Below are positions 54,019-64,000 of a stretch of DNA of 64,000 nt, in pieces. The stretch is taken from positions 186,001-250,000 of the forward strand of contig JAANOX010000218.1 in NCBI GenBank assembly GCA_020184695.1, given 5' to 3'. Position 1 is the first letter of the stretch. Each line of letters begins with the position of its first letter. The position numbers were made by a program, and so were the translations under genes. Source of the DNA: Histomonas meleagridis 2922-C6/04-290x (Eukaryota; Protista; Parabasalia). Under the pieces are notes generated by a model. That model ran no database searches, was not told the origin of the DNA, and saw only the letters and a program-made list of their open reading frames with translations.

Positions 54019-55203
54019 ATGGGAAATGGAGAAAGTGCTGAATTTGGAGAAAATCCAAAGGAGCAAAAGGAAGTTCCCGATGACGCAAAAATATCACGAG
54101 GTTACTTCAAAATGGATGATGCAGAAATTGATTTATTTAATGAAGACGATGAACTTGATTTCGATAATGGACGCTCAATCATTCAAAATGACATATTAAA
54201 GATGCCATTTATCGGAATTTGGTCTATGAGATCTAGTTCAGGTAAAGTCCCGCCTCCTAGAACAGGTCATTTTACTGCATATTCACAAGAAATGCATATG
54301 TGTTTTATTGGCTATGGAAAAATAGGAAAAGGTGAATACACTAATGACGTATGGGCCCTTAACGTAGATACATTTAAATGGTCTAAACTCAAGCTCAGTG
54401 GTGATGTAATATCACCTCGAAAAGGATCATTTGCAACAATGATGGGACAATACATAGTTGTTTACGGAGGCGTAACAATTGATGGTAAAAGAGGTGATTT
54501 ACATACAATTGATGTCACAACAGGAGAAATAATTATTGCCCAGACATCAGGTGAGAAACCTGCAGTTCGACGTGATGGTTGTATTGCAATATACAAGCGA
54601 AAATTATTTGTATGGGGTGAAAACAAATATAATTGTTTAAGCATTTTAGATTTTGATACAATGAAATGGAAATCTTCTTCTTCAAAAATTCGATATAACA
54701 AAGGATGTTCATATGCAGTCGGTCATAATTCCATATTTCTTTATGGAGGTAGTACTAGCACTGACCTCATAATTGTTGACTTAAAAAACGAGTCAATAGT
54801 AAAGTCGCCAACATCAAAACCGCGACCCGCCCCAACCATCGTTAAAGCAGGAGCCGTTTATGCGAACGGTTATATATTTTACATCGGCGGATTATCCGAA
54901 ACTCGGGTTACAATGATGTTTGGTTGTTCCATTGCAACTTGCAAATGGTTTGTTTTTTATATAGCGCCAGATGGTGAAACAACATCAACATCTGATGGAA
55001 GAATAACTGGCGATGGTCTTTTTTTACTTCCTTCAATTTATGGATTTTCAGCAATTTATGTCGAGCATAAGAGAGAAATTCATGCATTCTTAGGACATCC
55101 TTTAATGAAACGACCAATAATACATACACTAACACTGGATGGTGCTTTTTGTTATTTGAACATGAAAGATGATATGATATCAATGCTAAATTTCAAGAAA
55201 TAA
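54019..55203 (+). CDS. Kelch-repeat protein
   Basis: PPPRTGH, DVWALN...KW, YGG, FLYGG, YIGG; MGNGES start. Confidence 0.8.
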   Translation: MGNGESAEFGENPKEQKEVPDDAKISRGYFKMDDAEIDLFNEDDELDFDNGRSIIQNDILKMPFIGIWSMRSSSGKVPPPRTGHFTAYSQEMHMCFIGYGKIGKGEYTNDVWALNVDTFKWSKLKLSGDVISPRKGSFATMMGQYIVVYGGVTIDGKRGDLHTIDVTTGEIIIAQTSGEKPAVRRDGCIAIYKRKLFVWGENKYNCLSILDFDTMKWKSSSSKIRYNKGCSYAVGHNSIFLYGGSTSTDLIIVDLKNESIVKSPTSKPRPAPTIVKAGAVYANGYIFYIGGLSETRVTMMFGCSIATCKWFVFYIAPDGETTSTSDGRITGDGLFLLPSIYGFSAIYVEHKREIHAFLGHPLMKRPIIHTLTLDGAFCYLNMKDDMISMLNFKK

Positions 55204-55616
55204 TTTGTTATAATTAAAAATTAATTGTTTAAATTTTAAAATCAAATTTTCACAAGCGAAGGAAATAATGAAATTGTTGAAAAACTTAAGTTGGAAATTA
55301 AGAATGAGAAAGAGGGAAATAAGAGAATGGAAACGATCATTGACGAGTTGCGCAATGAAAATGAGAAATTAAAAACAACGAATACAGAATGGAAAGGAAT
55401 AGAAGCATTTTTTGAAATGCAAACTCCTTTTTAACAGAATGTAAGTAAATATATTTGTTTTATTGATATTATTTTATTTAGTTTGGTCATCAAAGTTCCA
55501 TGCAGAAAAATAATGGAGATCAATGACTAAGAGGAAGTTAAAAACGTAACTTTTATGATAAAAATTTGTTTTTTATGAAGATTGTTGATTAATTTTATCA
55601 AAGAATCGCAGAATTT

Positions 55617-56195
55617 TCATTGGACATTGCATACTTCTTTGCGTTTTGCGAGTTTAGGAACTTTAGGTTCATCTTCAATTCCGTTATATTTGAGATATTC
55701 TTTTACAGCTGTTTCGAAAAGTTCAATGACTCCCTGTCCTGTCTTAGCAGATGCCTCAACATATTGAACTCCCAATTGTTCTGCAAGTGCTTTTCCTTCT
55801 TCACTTTTAATAATACGTTCATTTTCTAAGTCAATTTTATTTGCACACATAACACATGGAAAATGATCACTGTCTTTGTATCTACAAATTTCATTATAAA
55901 TATCATTGATTAATTCAAAAGAACCATGATCATTAACTGAATAAACGAGAACAAAACAATCACAACTTCTAACAAATTGAGGACGTAGGTAATTACATTC
56001 CATTCCAGGTATATTTAAAAGATTTAATGTGTACTGTTTGTTATTAAATGTAATGTTTTTCTTGTAACAATTGCCAGCTTTTGATTCATATTCATCACTA
56101 AACTTGTCTTGAACCATACGCAATATCAAATAGAATTTTCCAACACAATCCCCACCAAAAAATGCTATTTTGATTGTTTCCGTTGGTTCGTTCAT
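55617..56195 (-). CDS. Atypical Ras/Rap-family GTPase
   Basis: Ras-like overall with NKID, EASAKT and CaaX CNVQ; G1-G3 altered. Confidence 0.85.
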   Translation of the reverse strand: MNEPTETIKIAFFGGDCVGKFYLILRMVQDKFSDEYESKAGNCYKKNITFNNKQYTLNLLNIPGMECNYLRPQFVRSCDCFVLVYSVNDHGSFELINDIYNEICRYKDSDHFPCVMCANKIDLENERIIKSEEGKALAEQLGVQYVEASAKTGQGVIELFETAVKEYLKYNGIEDEPKVPKLAKRKEVCNVQ

Positions 56196-56589
56196 GAAAT
56201 TTGTAAAATTTTCAAATTTAGCATTGAATTTTAAACAGGAGGATCAACTCTTTTTTAAATGAAAATATCTCCTTTTATTATGATTTATTTTACTTTTATA
56301 TAGCTTGCTTAGAATGAAGTTACCAAGTATAATATTATATTAATATCAAAAGTCTTTTTATTTTCACTTTTTTGAGAAAAAATTTTGAAATGCTTTTCCA
56401 TTCAGACATGGGCAACGTTAATTTTTTTGATTGGTATTTCCACTTTTCAACGTTGGGCGTGCGAAAAACGTAACGAAGGCCCGTTACGTTTTTTTTAACG
56501 TTGAGAAAAGTGACGTTTTTTTCGTTTACGTTTTTTTTAACGTTAAATAGCTGCGTTAACGTTGCAATTAACGTTAAATTCCTTCGTTA

Positions 56590-56746
56590 CGTTTTTTGTA
56601 ACTTAAAAAACCGTCGTGCGATAGACGTCACTTTCCTCAACGTTGAGAAAAGTGACGTATCGGCAAGATGATCGTCTGACAGTCAAACGAAGGGAACGAT
56701 CAATAACCGTACGTTGATGAAAAAAAACGAAACATTCAAAAAGTTA
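56590..56746. repeat. Left long subterminal inverted repeat (partner 60329-60487)
   Basis: About 160 bp near-perfect reverse complement of 60329-60487; contains a 35-bp near-palindrome. Confidence 0.9.
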
Positions 56747-56858
56747 TACATATCAATATTGATGTTTAAGATCAGTATTATTTGCTCAAAGTACATTTAT
56801 TTTGAATCACATTTCGTTTTAAATAAAAATATTTAATAAAGATTGTTTATTATTCTTC

Positions 56859-57611
56859 TTACATTGAAATATATGCTATTATGATTGATATTGAATCGAT
56901 CATAATAGGATCATCGCATTCCCACAAGATCTCTATTATCTCATTCATCTTATTTTTATACCCTAATAAATTAATTTTTGAATATATGCAAAAAACCAAA
57001 AATTTGATTAAATGACAATTCCACTTATAATGTCTATATGCGAAATCTTGATAAATCAAATAATCTAATAAAATATCCAAACTTCTATGATTTAATTCAA
57101 GCTTCGGAGGATCAATAAAATATTCCATAAGAATTAAATCACAATCTTTTGAAACATATAAAAATATATAATATTTTGAGTTGTTGAAAAATCGTCATTG
57201 TTAACAAAAAATTGAAGAATTATTAATATTTGATGTTGATTAAAATTCATTTCTTTGGAATTTATATTGCGAAAATATAAGAAAACCCAATCGATCAGTT
57301 CATAATCTTTTTTTTTAATGTTTCAATGATATATATAAATTCAATAATTTTTTTTCTTCGAGAAAACATTTTGAAATTAATAAATTTAATGTATCTTGGA
57401 TAATTGTAGAAATTGATATTAATGTATTGATATCCAAATTCTTAAATATATTTTTGATAATTGTTGAAGATATACATGTTTCACTTTCATGAATTTTTTG
57501 TAAATATGTAATTGCATTATTTAATTCTGGATAAATTATTTCGTCTGTTTCTACTTCTTCATCTTCTTCCTTTTCTTTAACATCTAACTTAAATTTTCGA
57601 GCCTTATTCAT
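56859..57611 (-). pseudogene. Disrupted second ORF inside the hAT element, divergent from the transposase
   Basis: ORF pieces 57315-57611 (ATG start) and 56859-57128 separated by stops; unknown family. Confidence 0.5.
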
Positions 57612-57794
57612 ACAAAAACCTTTATATTGACATGGTCATTAAAATGAAATAATTTAGCGGCAAAACTTGGTCTATAAAAATTAGCGGTAAAATTAAGCGC
57701 CAATAACCGATAATCAAGATAAAAAAATCAATTATAATATTATTTTGGTTGTATAATTATCAAAATTTGCTTGAATTTGAGAAACGCTTCCCTA

Positions 57795-59622
57795 ATGTTT
57801 GGAGCAAATTATAAAAAAGATCGCAAAAAATCAATGGATGAATACTTTTCTGATATATCTCTTGATCATTTTGTTGATCCCCCAAGGCCAAAACTTTCAA
57901 ATAATTATAGAATAATCAAATTCATGCAATTGACTAATAATTCTTCTATTTTAGTTCCAATGATAGCCGATAATGAAGGTAATATTAAATTTATATTATT
58001 TTATTGCGTAAAATGCGATAAATGGTATAAAATAACAACAACAATTGCGAACATATTTACCCATTTAGAAAAAAAACATAAGATAATTAATGATGATAAA
58101 TCAAATTCAAATAACCAAATTGTTGAAAATAATAAAAAGAATAATATGGAAAATACTATCAAAGATATTATATTTCATCTTAAATCTTTTCTAATACTGA
58201 ATGGATATTCTTTTTCGGACATCGAAGATGAGAACTTGAATTCAATTTGTAATTCAAGATCAAGATCTTCACTAGTAAGGACAGTAGAAAAATTATCTAA
58301 TTTAACACGGCAAAAAATAAAATCAATCCTGGAAAATGCTTCAATCATATCATTGGCTGTTGACGAATGGAGGGACAGAATGAAAAGGAGATATCTTGGC
58401 GTCACTGCAACAGCTATAATAGATAGACAATATCGCATTTTCAGTTTAGCACACAGGCCAATGATGCAAGCGCATTGTTCAGCAGAAATAATCAAAAAAC
58501 ATTTAATGGAAATACTAGTTGAATATAACATAAATAATTGTATAAAATGTGCAGTTACTGATAATGGTGGTGCAGTTCCTGCAGCAATTAATGATGAGCC
58601 GAACGATATTAATAATTTGAAGATCAATAGATTTCCTTGCATTTGTCATTTAATTAATTTATATGCAAAAACATTTCATATTTTAATGAAAAATGATTTG
58701 GATGAATTTTTGCGTGTAAAAAATTTATTTGACACGCTATGTTTTATTGCATATTTGGAGAATGTATACAGTCGAATTAAAAAAATCGCGAGCTATACTG
58801 AAATTCGATGGTCATCATTATTCAATATGTTAAATGATTTATTAATGTTGAACAAACATATAATTAAATATAATGAATTAAACCAAATCACTAAAATCAA
58901 AGAAGTATTCTGGGAAAATTTGATTCATTGGCATAAAATTTATGAAGTTTTTATAAAATGTTTTAGACTGGTAGAGACAAATGAATTTGGAGCAATTTCG
59001 AAAACATTAACATGTCTAAGAAGAATTCAGCAATCTTTGAGAAGTTTACCGAAAAGATTTTCAGGGGTTAGAAATATATAATAAAATTCAAAGTAATTGG
59101 TAAACTTATGCTGAACAATGGACCCCAATTCTCCACATTTGTTGCAGATTGAATCCATCCATTAAACATTCAATAATTTTAACGCAAAACGAAATTGAAC
59201 TTGCAGACAGCCAAATAAAAAAAATGCTTTTTTGGAAATTAAAAGCAATGAAGAAGGAAACAAACGAAATTGTTAGAATTGAAAATGATGATTTTGATTT
59301 CATGGTAGATAACAATGAAACAATTGATGATATATTTCAAGAATATTTGATTTCTCTAAGTTCTATTAAAAAAGAAGAAAATTTCTACGATTACTGGACA
59401 AGATAAATAGAAACGAACTGGAATCCACTCGCAAAAATAGCTTTTGATTATCTTTCAATTCCATCGTCTTCTGCTACAGCAGAAAGACAATTTTCGATAA
59501 CAGGAAAAAGCCTTGGTCTTAATAGACTTAAAACTAGTAAAGATCACATAGAAGATTCAGTAATAATTTTAATGAATTCTTCGATTGCACGTCCAATACT
59601 TGAAAGTATGACTAAACAATAA
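57795..59622 (+). pseudogene. hAT transposase (BED finger, DDE, dimerisation domain), inactivated
   Basis: CVKC...HLEKKH, SLAVDEW, AVTDNG, CICH, TEIRW, IPSSSATAERQFS; frameshift near 59075 and two in-frame TAA (one at 59404-59406). Confidence 0.9.
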
Positions 59623-60328
59623 TTGAAAAAATTATTTTATTTCAATATTTAATTAATTTCATAACCACTGAAATCTATATTAATAATAAAAAATAATGAT
59701 AACTTTGTTAAGATGATGCAAGAAACGAGTTTGAGTTGTATTTGATTAATTCATTTTTCCATCATATTGAACCCCCACTTTTTTTGCGTGTAATCAGCCG
59801 GAAAAATATTTCATGTATTGCAATACTATTATTTTAAACTGAAAAAACGACTTTTTTATAGAAATGTGAAGATAGGGTTTTCCCGCTGATAAATTTATCA
59901 GAAAATCATTAAACTTTTAATTTATACTTATTTCAGAGTAATGTTTAAGTTTTGCAATATTTCAAATGTACTTTTTTGATTCACTTTAAGTTTCGTGAAA
60001 TAATGTCATGACATTCCGAAATATGTTTCTTCGACTGGTAATTTTTGCTTTGTTACATAAAAATATTCGCATAATGTTAATTGATGTGTGTTGTTGATTT
60101 CAATTGTATGCAATATCCCATGAAGTAACGGGAACCCAACCAAAAAAGGCCGAAATTTGAATTGATCGGATATGATCGTTATATTCAAAGATACCATGGA
60201 ATCAACATGTTGATTGCATTCCACCAATTATAAATGAAGTCAATAAATTTCCATCGCGTGTTATTATAATTTATTTTAAATGTATTATATATTTTATGAC
60301 ACTTTTTGAACGAATTATTTATTTCATC

Positions 60329-60487
60329 TAACTTTTTGAATGTTTCGTTTTTTTTTCATTAACGTACGGTTATTGATCGTTCCCTTCGTTTAACTGTCAG
60401 ACGATCATCTTGCCGATACGTCACTTTTCTCAACGTTGAGGAAAGTGACGTCTATCGCACGACGGTTTTTTATAGTTACAAAAAACG
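60329..60487. repeat. Right long subterminal inverted repeat (partner 56590-56746)
   Basis: Reverse complement of the left repeat with only a few differences. Confidence 0.9.
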
Positions 60488-61146
60488 TAAACGAAAAAAA
60501 CGTCACTTTTTTCAACGTTAAAAAAAACGTAATGAGCCTTCGTTACGTTTTTTGCACGACCAAGGTTATTTTCGTTACGTTTTTTTAACGTTGCCCAAGT
60601 CTGTTTTTATTTTTCAAATATTATCAGTAGTGTGCTCAAGTACGTAATGTGTGCAATTATTACAAATATTAAAAAATAGAAATAATATTTCTACTCTTGC
60701 GGTAGCATAAAGAGCTTTCAGAAATCAAAAAAACATTAATTTTCATTACATTTTGAATAGAGAATGCAAAAACGTCACTTTTATATGACAACAACTTTTT
60801 GTGATAATAACCGCTCCGATGGAGTTTTGTGGTCACTTTTTTAAAAAATGTGTTTCCATTTTTTCGCATACGTTCTTGCCATATTCTTAGAATTTCAGGT
60901 GGCAATCGAAGAGTTTAAATTTTTATTAACATTTTATTTTATTATTCAACCATTAACATAAAATATTCTTTTTGGTTTTTGGCCAAAATTAAAATTAAGT
61001 TTGTTACGATTTCTTCACGATAAAATTTCAAATAAAGTTAAGAAATTCAGATCGGAGTTTCATAAAAAGTGGATTTTCTTAGTTATCGTTTTCAGAGGAA
61101 AAATTAATGCTTTTTAATATTCATTTTATGAAAAGTACTATTATAT

Positions 61147-61725
61147 TTAGCAGCAACCTCCTCGGTTTTCTTCATTCTGCGCTTGTGGTTGCTTTTGTAT
61201 CATAACAGGATCTTCTTTTCTTGTTTGAACTAAATGTGAAATAACTGAGTTAAATAACTCATTTATATTCTTCCCTGTTTTTGCGGATGTTATAAAGAAA
61301 TCAAATCCATTAGATTTTGCATATTTTTCCATTGTTTCATTTGAAACGACTTTATTATCCAAATCATCTTTGTTAGCAACAATAGCAACATATGCTGGTG
61401 ATGGAACAGTTGCATGGAAAGATTCATACCAATTGGATACAGCATTAGCTGAATCTTGGTCAGTTTGATCATAAACAATAATTGCAGCAACAGCATCACG
61501 ATAGTAAATTGGACCCAAGCTTTTGTATCTTTCCATTCCCGCAGTATCCCAAATCTGAAGCTCTACTTCTTGACCTTCAAACGTTGTACGATATGGCACA
61601 TATCCAGCTCCAATTGTTGCCTGATATTCTTCCTCAAAATGAGAGTATTGAATCTGGTTTGTGATAGCTGTTTTTCCAACGGCAACTGATCCAATTATTA
61701 CAATTTTGAACTCAAGAAAAGGCAT
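61147..61725 (-). CDS. Rab GTPase
   Basis: GSVAVGKT, WDTAGMERYKSLGPIYYRDA, ANKDD, TSAKT, GGCC. Confidence 0.93.
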   Translation of the reverse strand: MPFLEFKIVIIGSVAVGKTAITNQIQYSHFEEEYQATIGAGYVPYRTTFEGQEVELQIWDTAGMERYKSLGPIYYRDAVAAIIVYDQTDQDSANAVSNWYESFHATVPSPAYVAIVANKDDLDNKVVSNETMEKYAKSNGFDFFITSAKTGKNINELFNSVISHLVQTRKEDPVMIQKQPQAQNEENRGGCC

Positions 61726-62165
61726 TATTAAAACTATCGATAATGCTGTATGACTATCGACTTTTTGTAAACCTCACAGAAAAAACAGTTTTTTAAAAAT
61801 CTCTTTCGTTCAATAATTGAATGAAATTCAGATAGGAATGTGGGTTTTCTAGCTGTCGGCAATGTGGTGTTTCCCACAATTTTTCTTCCTACATGAGTTT
61901 GCAAATATTTTGTTAAAGAATAGCCAACACCTCATGAAGCCAATGATGCAATACCGTTAAGTATATGAATAATACTGTAAGGACTCCATAAGATTTTTTT
62001 GAATGAATATTCCTTTTCGTCTAAAAAAATAATAAAAAGTTTTCTAGAATCATTTCTTATAATGAAAAAAGCCTATCACTGTTTTTATAATTAGCTTTGA
62101 CGCTATTCTGTCCTCGTGGAAATTTGTCACTTTTCTTTCAAGGGTAGATTTGATAAAATCTACTC

Positions 62166-63566
62166 ATGTCAAACTACAAAAAACAAAACAAAGAACGTGT
62201 TTCAATCAAAGAAATAAAGAGCCCCTCCGACACAGGTGTTGGTTTTTCTTTATATCAAAACATCAAAGAATTATTTACTCAATTTCACAAAGAAAAGCTT
62301 TGTTTCCATTTAGGCTCATTAATATCTATATGCAATAAAATTTCGGAACATATTAATCAGGTATCTAAACAAGAATTAAATACTGATTTTTTACCTGCTT
62401 TAATTGCAGAATTCCAAATTAGAGATGACATGATGGAAATCTTCACTGCCTTTACGAATGGTGAAATTCAAGATATTATGCCTTTTCTTTCTTTAACAAA
62501 TCAACTTACGCTTGTCACAGCTTCATTTTCCGAACCGCCTTACATCAGTTTCCTTCTTTCTTTTGCAATACAGAACTTTGGGAACTATCCTCTTTTAATT
62601 CATATTTCATTTAATCTAATTGTTGATTGTGACATTCCACAACTCGAAGAATTTATTCAACATGGATGCCATAAGTTCTTTGTTGACCTTCTTATTAATC
62701 ACGAATCCCCTCAAATCATTTCCAAATCATATAAAATCCTCCAATGCATCTTAACAAAATTTTTAGGTTCCCCAGATTTTTATATGGAATTATTAACATC
62801 ATTATTAACACCACATTTTTCTAATTCAGATCAATATGTTCTTAAGCTTTGTTATAAGATTTTATTTATAATTTCCAAACTTGAATATAATGAACAAGAA
62901 TTTGCTTATGTTATTGTCCAAAGTCCTTTTTATCCAAAAATATTCGCATTTTTAAATCTCGATTCACCATGTCCTTCATCAGCATTTAGGTTACTTACAA
63001 AAATCGTAAACATATTGCCTGAACAAGAAGTTCCAAATCTTTTGGGAAATTATTTAAATTGGAATGATATATGTCACTTTTTGCACGTTACCGATAGAAC
63101 TTTAACGGTCTTGCCTGATGTAATGAGATTTCTAACAGCTTTATCACTTTTAGGAACTTCTTCAATACATCAGATGATTATAAATGGGGTTTTTAATGAT
63201 ATTTTCCCATTATATTATGAAAGTAACTATAATACAAAATTGATAATTATTTATTTTGTTTTTAGCGCAATTAATAATGGTGCATATGCACAAGTATTGG
63301 AACTGTTTAGAATGGGTACATTACCAATTTTGATCGATATGTTGGAAAATGAAATGGATGAGTTTAATACACATCAAATTTTAAAGGCTATTCATAAGAT
63401 GTGGGAAGTATGCGGGAGTTTGAATAACAACGAGTTTGCAAGGTTTTTTGCAGAATGTGATGGGTATAATGTGCTTTTTGAGCTCTCTGTTTGTCAGGAA
63501 GAAGCTCAAAGTCTATCTGATTTAATTAAGGAGCCTATAGATCAAAGCATGGAATTTGGTTCTTAA
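62166..63566 (+). CDS. Hypothetical ARM-like helical protein
   Basis: 466 aa helical ORF; same general plan (basic N-terminus, ARM-like body) as 1056-2486. Confidence 0.7.
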   Translation: MSNYKKQNKERVSIKEIKSPSDTGVGFSLYQNIKELFTQFHKEKLCFHLGSLISICNKISEHINQVSKQELNTDFLPALIAEFQIRDDMMEIFTAFTNGEIQDIMPFLSLTNQLTLVTASFSEPPYISFLLSFAIQNFGNYPLLIHISFNLIVDCDIPQLEEFIQHGCHKFFVDLLINHESPQIISKSYKILQCILTKFLGSPDFYMELLTSLLTPHFSNSDQYVLKLCYKILFIISKLEYNEQEFAYVIVQSPFYPKIFAFLNLDSPCPSSAFRLLTKIVNILPEQEVPNLLGNYLNWNDICHFLHVTDRTLTVLPDVMRFLTALSLLGTSSIHQMIINGVFNDIFPLYYESNYNTKLIIIYFVFSAINNGAYAQVLELFRMGTLPILIDMLENEMDEFNTHQILKAIHKMWEVCGSLNNNEFARFFAECDGYNVLFELSVCQEEAQSLSDLIKEPIDQSMEFGS

Positions 63567-64000
63567 AATATAATGAAAATTGTATTTATGTGTAAAAAAT
63601 ATTTTTTATTATTTATTATGTTTATGTTTCCTGTGTTGTGTTTTGATACTGTATTTTGATCAGTTACACGTACATTGTTGTTAATACTTTTTTTTATAAA
63701 CCATAGTTTTACATTATTACGTACAAATTTCCATTTATTACAATTCTTATTGTTTATTCCTCCAAATTTTATCTCTCAATCACAAATAATTAAACCTTTG
63801 GAAAAAATCATTGGTGATTCAGCTTTACTTAAAAAGCATCAAAAAAATAACGAATTGTTTATTGAGTTTTTGTATTAATACCGTTTATTAGCGGTTATTT
63901 TGTGAGGCTTTCGATCGAATTGTAAAATGACACCAACTTCAAAGCGTAAACCCAATTTCTGATCTCGTCATCATCATTTGCATAGAATGTGTAGCTATTA

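Larger units (their letters stand above)
56403..60603 (+). mobile_element. hAT-superfamily DNA transposon, 4201 bp, decayed
   Basis: Termini CAGACATGGGCAACGTTA / TAACGTTGCCCAAGTCTG; 8-bp flanks TTTCCATT vs TTTTTATT (6/8); internal hAT transposase. Confidence 0.9.

Noticed and set aside
55250-55435. Short coiled-coil ORF (NEIVEKLKLEIKNE...)
   Set aside because: About 55 aa with no convincing start; probably a fragment of a decayed gene.
59075-59410. TAA reassigned to Gln (in-frame TAA in the transposase)
   Set aside because: Conserved genes (RPS19, RPL17, PSMA7, GBE) end in TAA, and the transposase also has a frameshift, so this is ordinary decay.
60669-60905. Kinase gene next to the hAT element
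   Set aside because: Only PPEIL and KSDVFAF fragments with a TTG start; at most a small pseudogene remnant.

Overview
Gene-dense, AT-rich eukaryotic DNA that looks like a parabasalid (trichomonad, Tritrichomonas-like) chromosome. The evidence is Inr (TCATT) and M5 (CCTTT) core-promoter motifs, the standard genetic code and near-absence of introns. It carries about 30 protein genes (glycogen branching enzyme, RPS19, RPL17, PSMA7, two Rabs, an atypical Ras, RasGEF, LRR-PP2C, Kelch, a DHHC-type PAT, kinase-Sel1, a cyclin with AT-hook-like repeats, a headless myosin-TH1 protein, degenerate Vps4 and p97 paralogs), a 2.8-kb 35-bp satellite and a 4.2-kb decayed hAT transposon. The standout observation is an interrupted ankyrin-repeat locus at 25.9-26.9 kb (minus strand). 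Every repeat is broken at the same place, the beta-hairpin tip, by a 75-78 nt (mostly 77 nt) AT-rich spacer. The spacers parse as four 17-nt elements (usually RTWT...TT) separated by three single codons, and those codons supply the missing x-x-G residues (KDG, KQG, KKD, NLG; NNG at a second locus 3 kb away). No GT-AG parse fits all spacers. This suggests an undescribed processing system: 3-nt micro-exons with non-canonical 17-nt introns, programmed DNA excision or ribosomal hopping. All parsing was done by hand, and expression and novelty are unverified.
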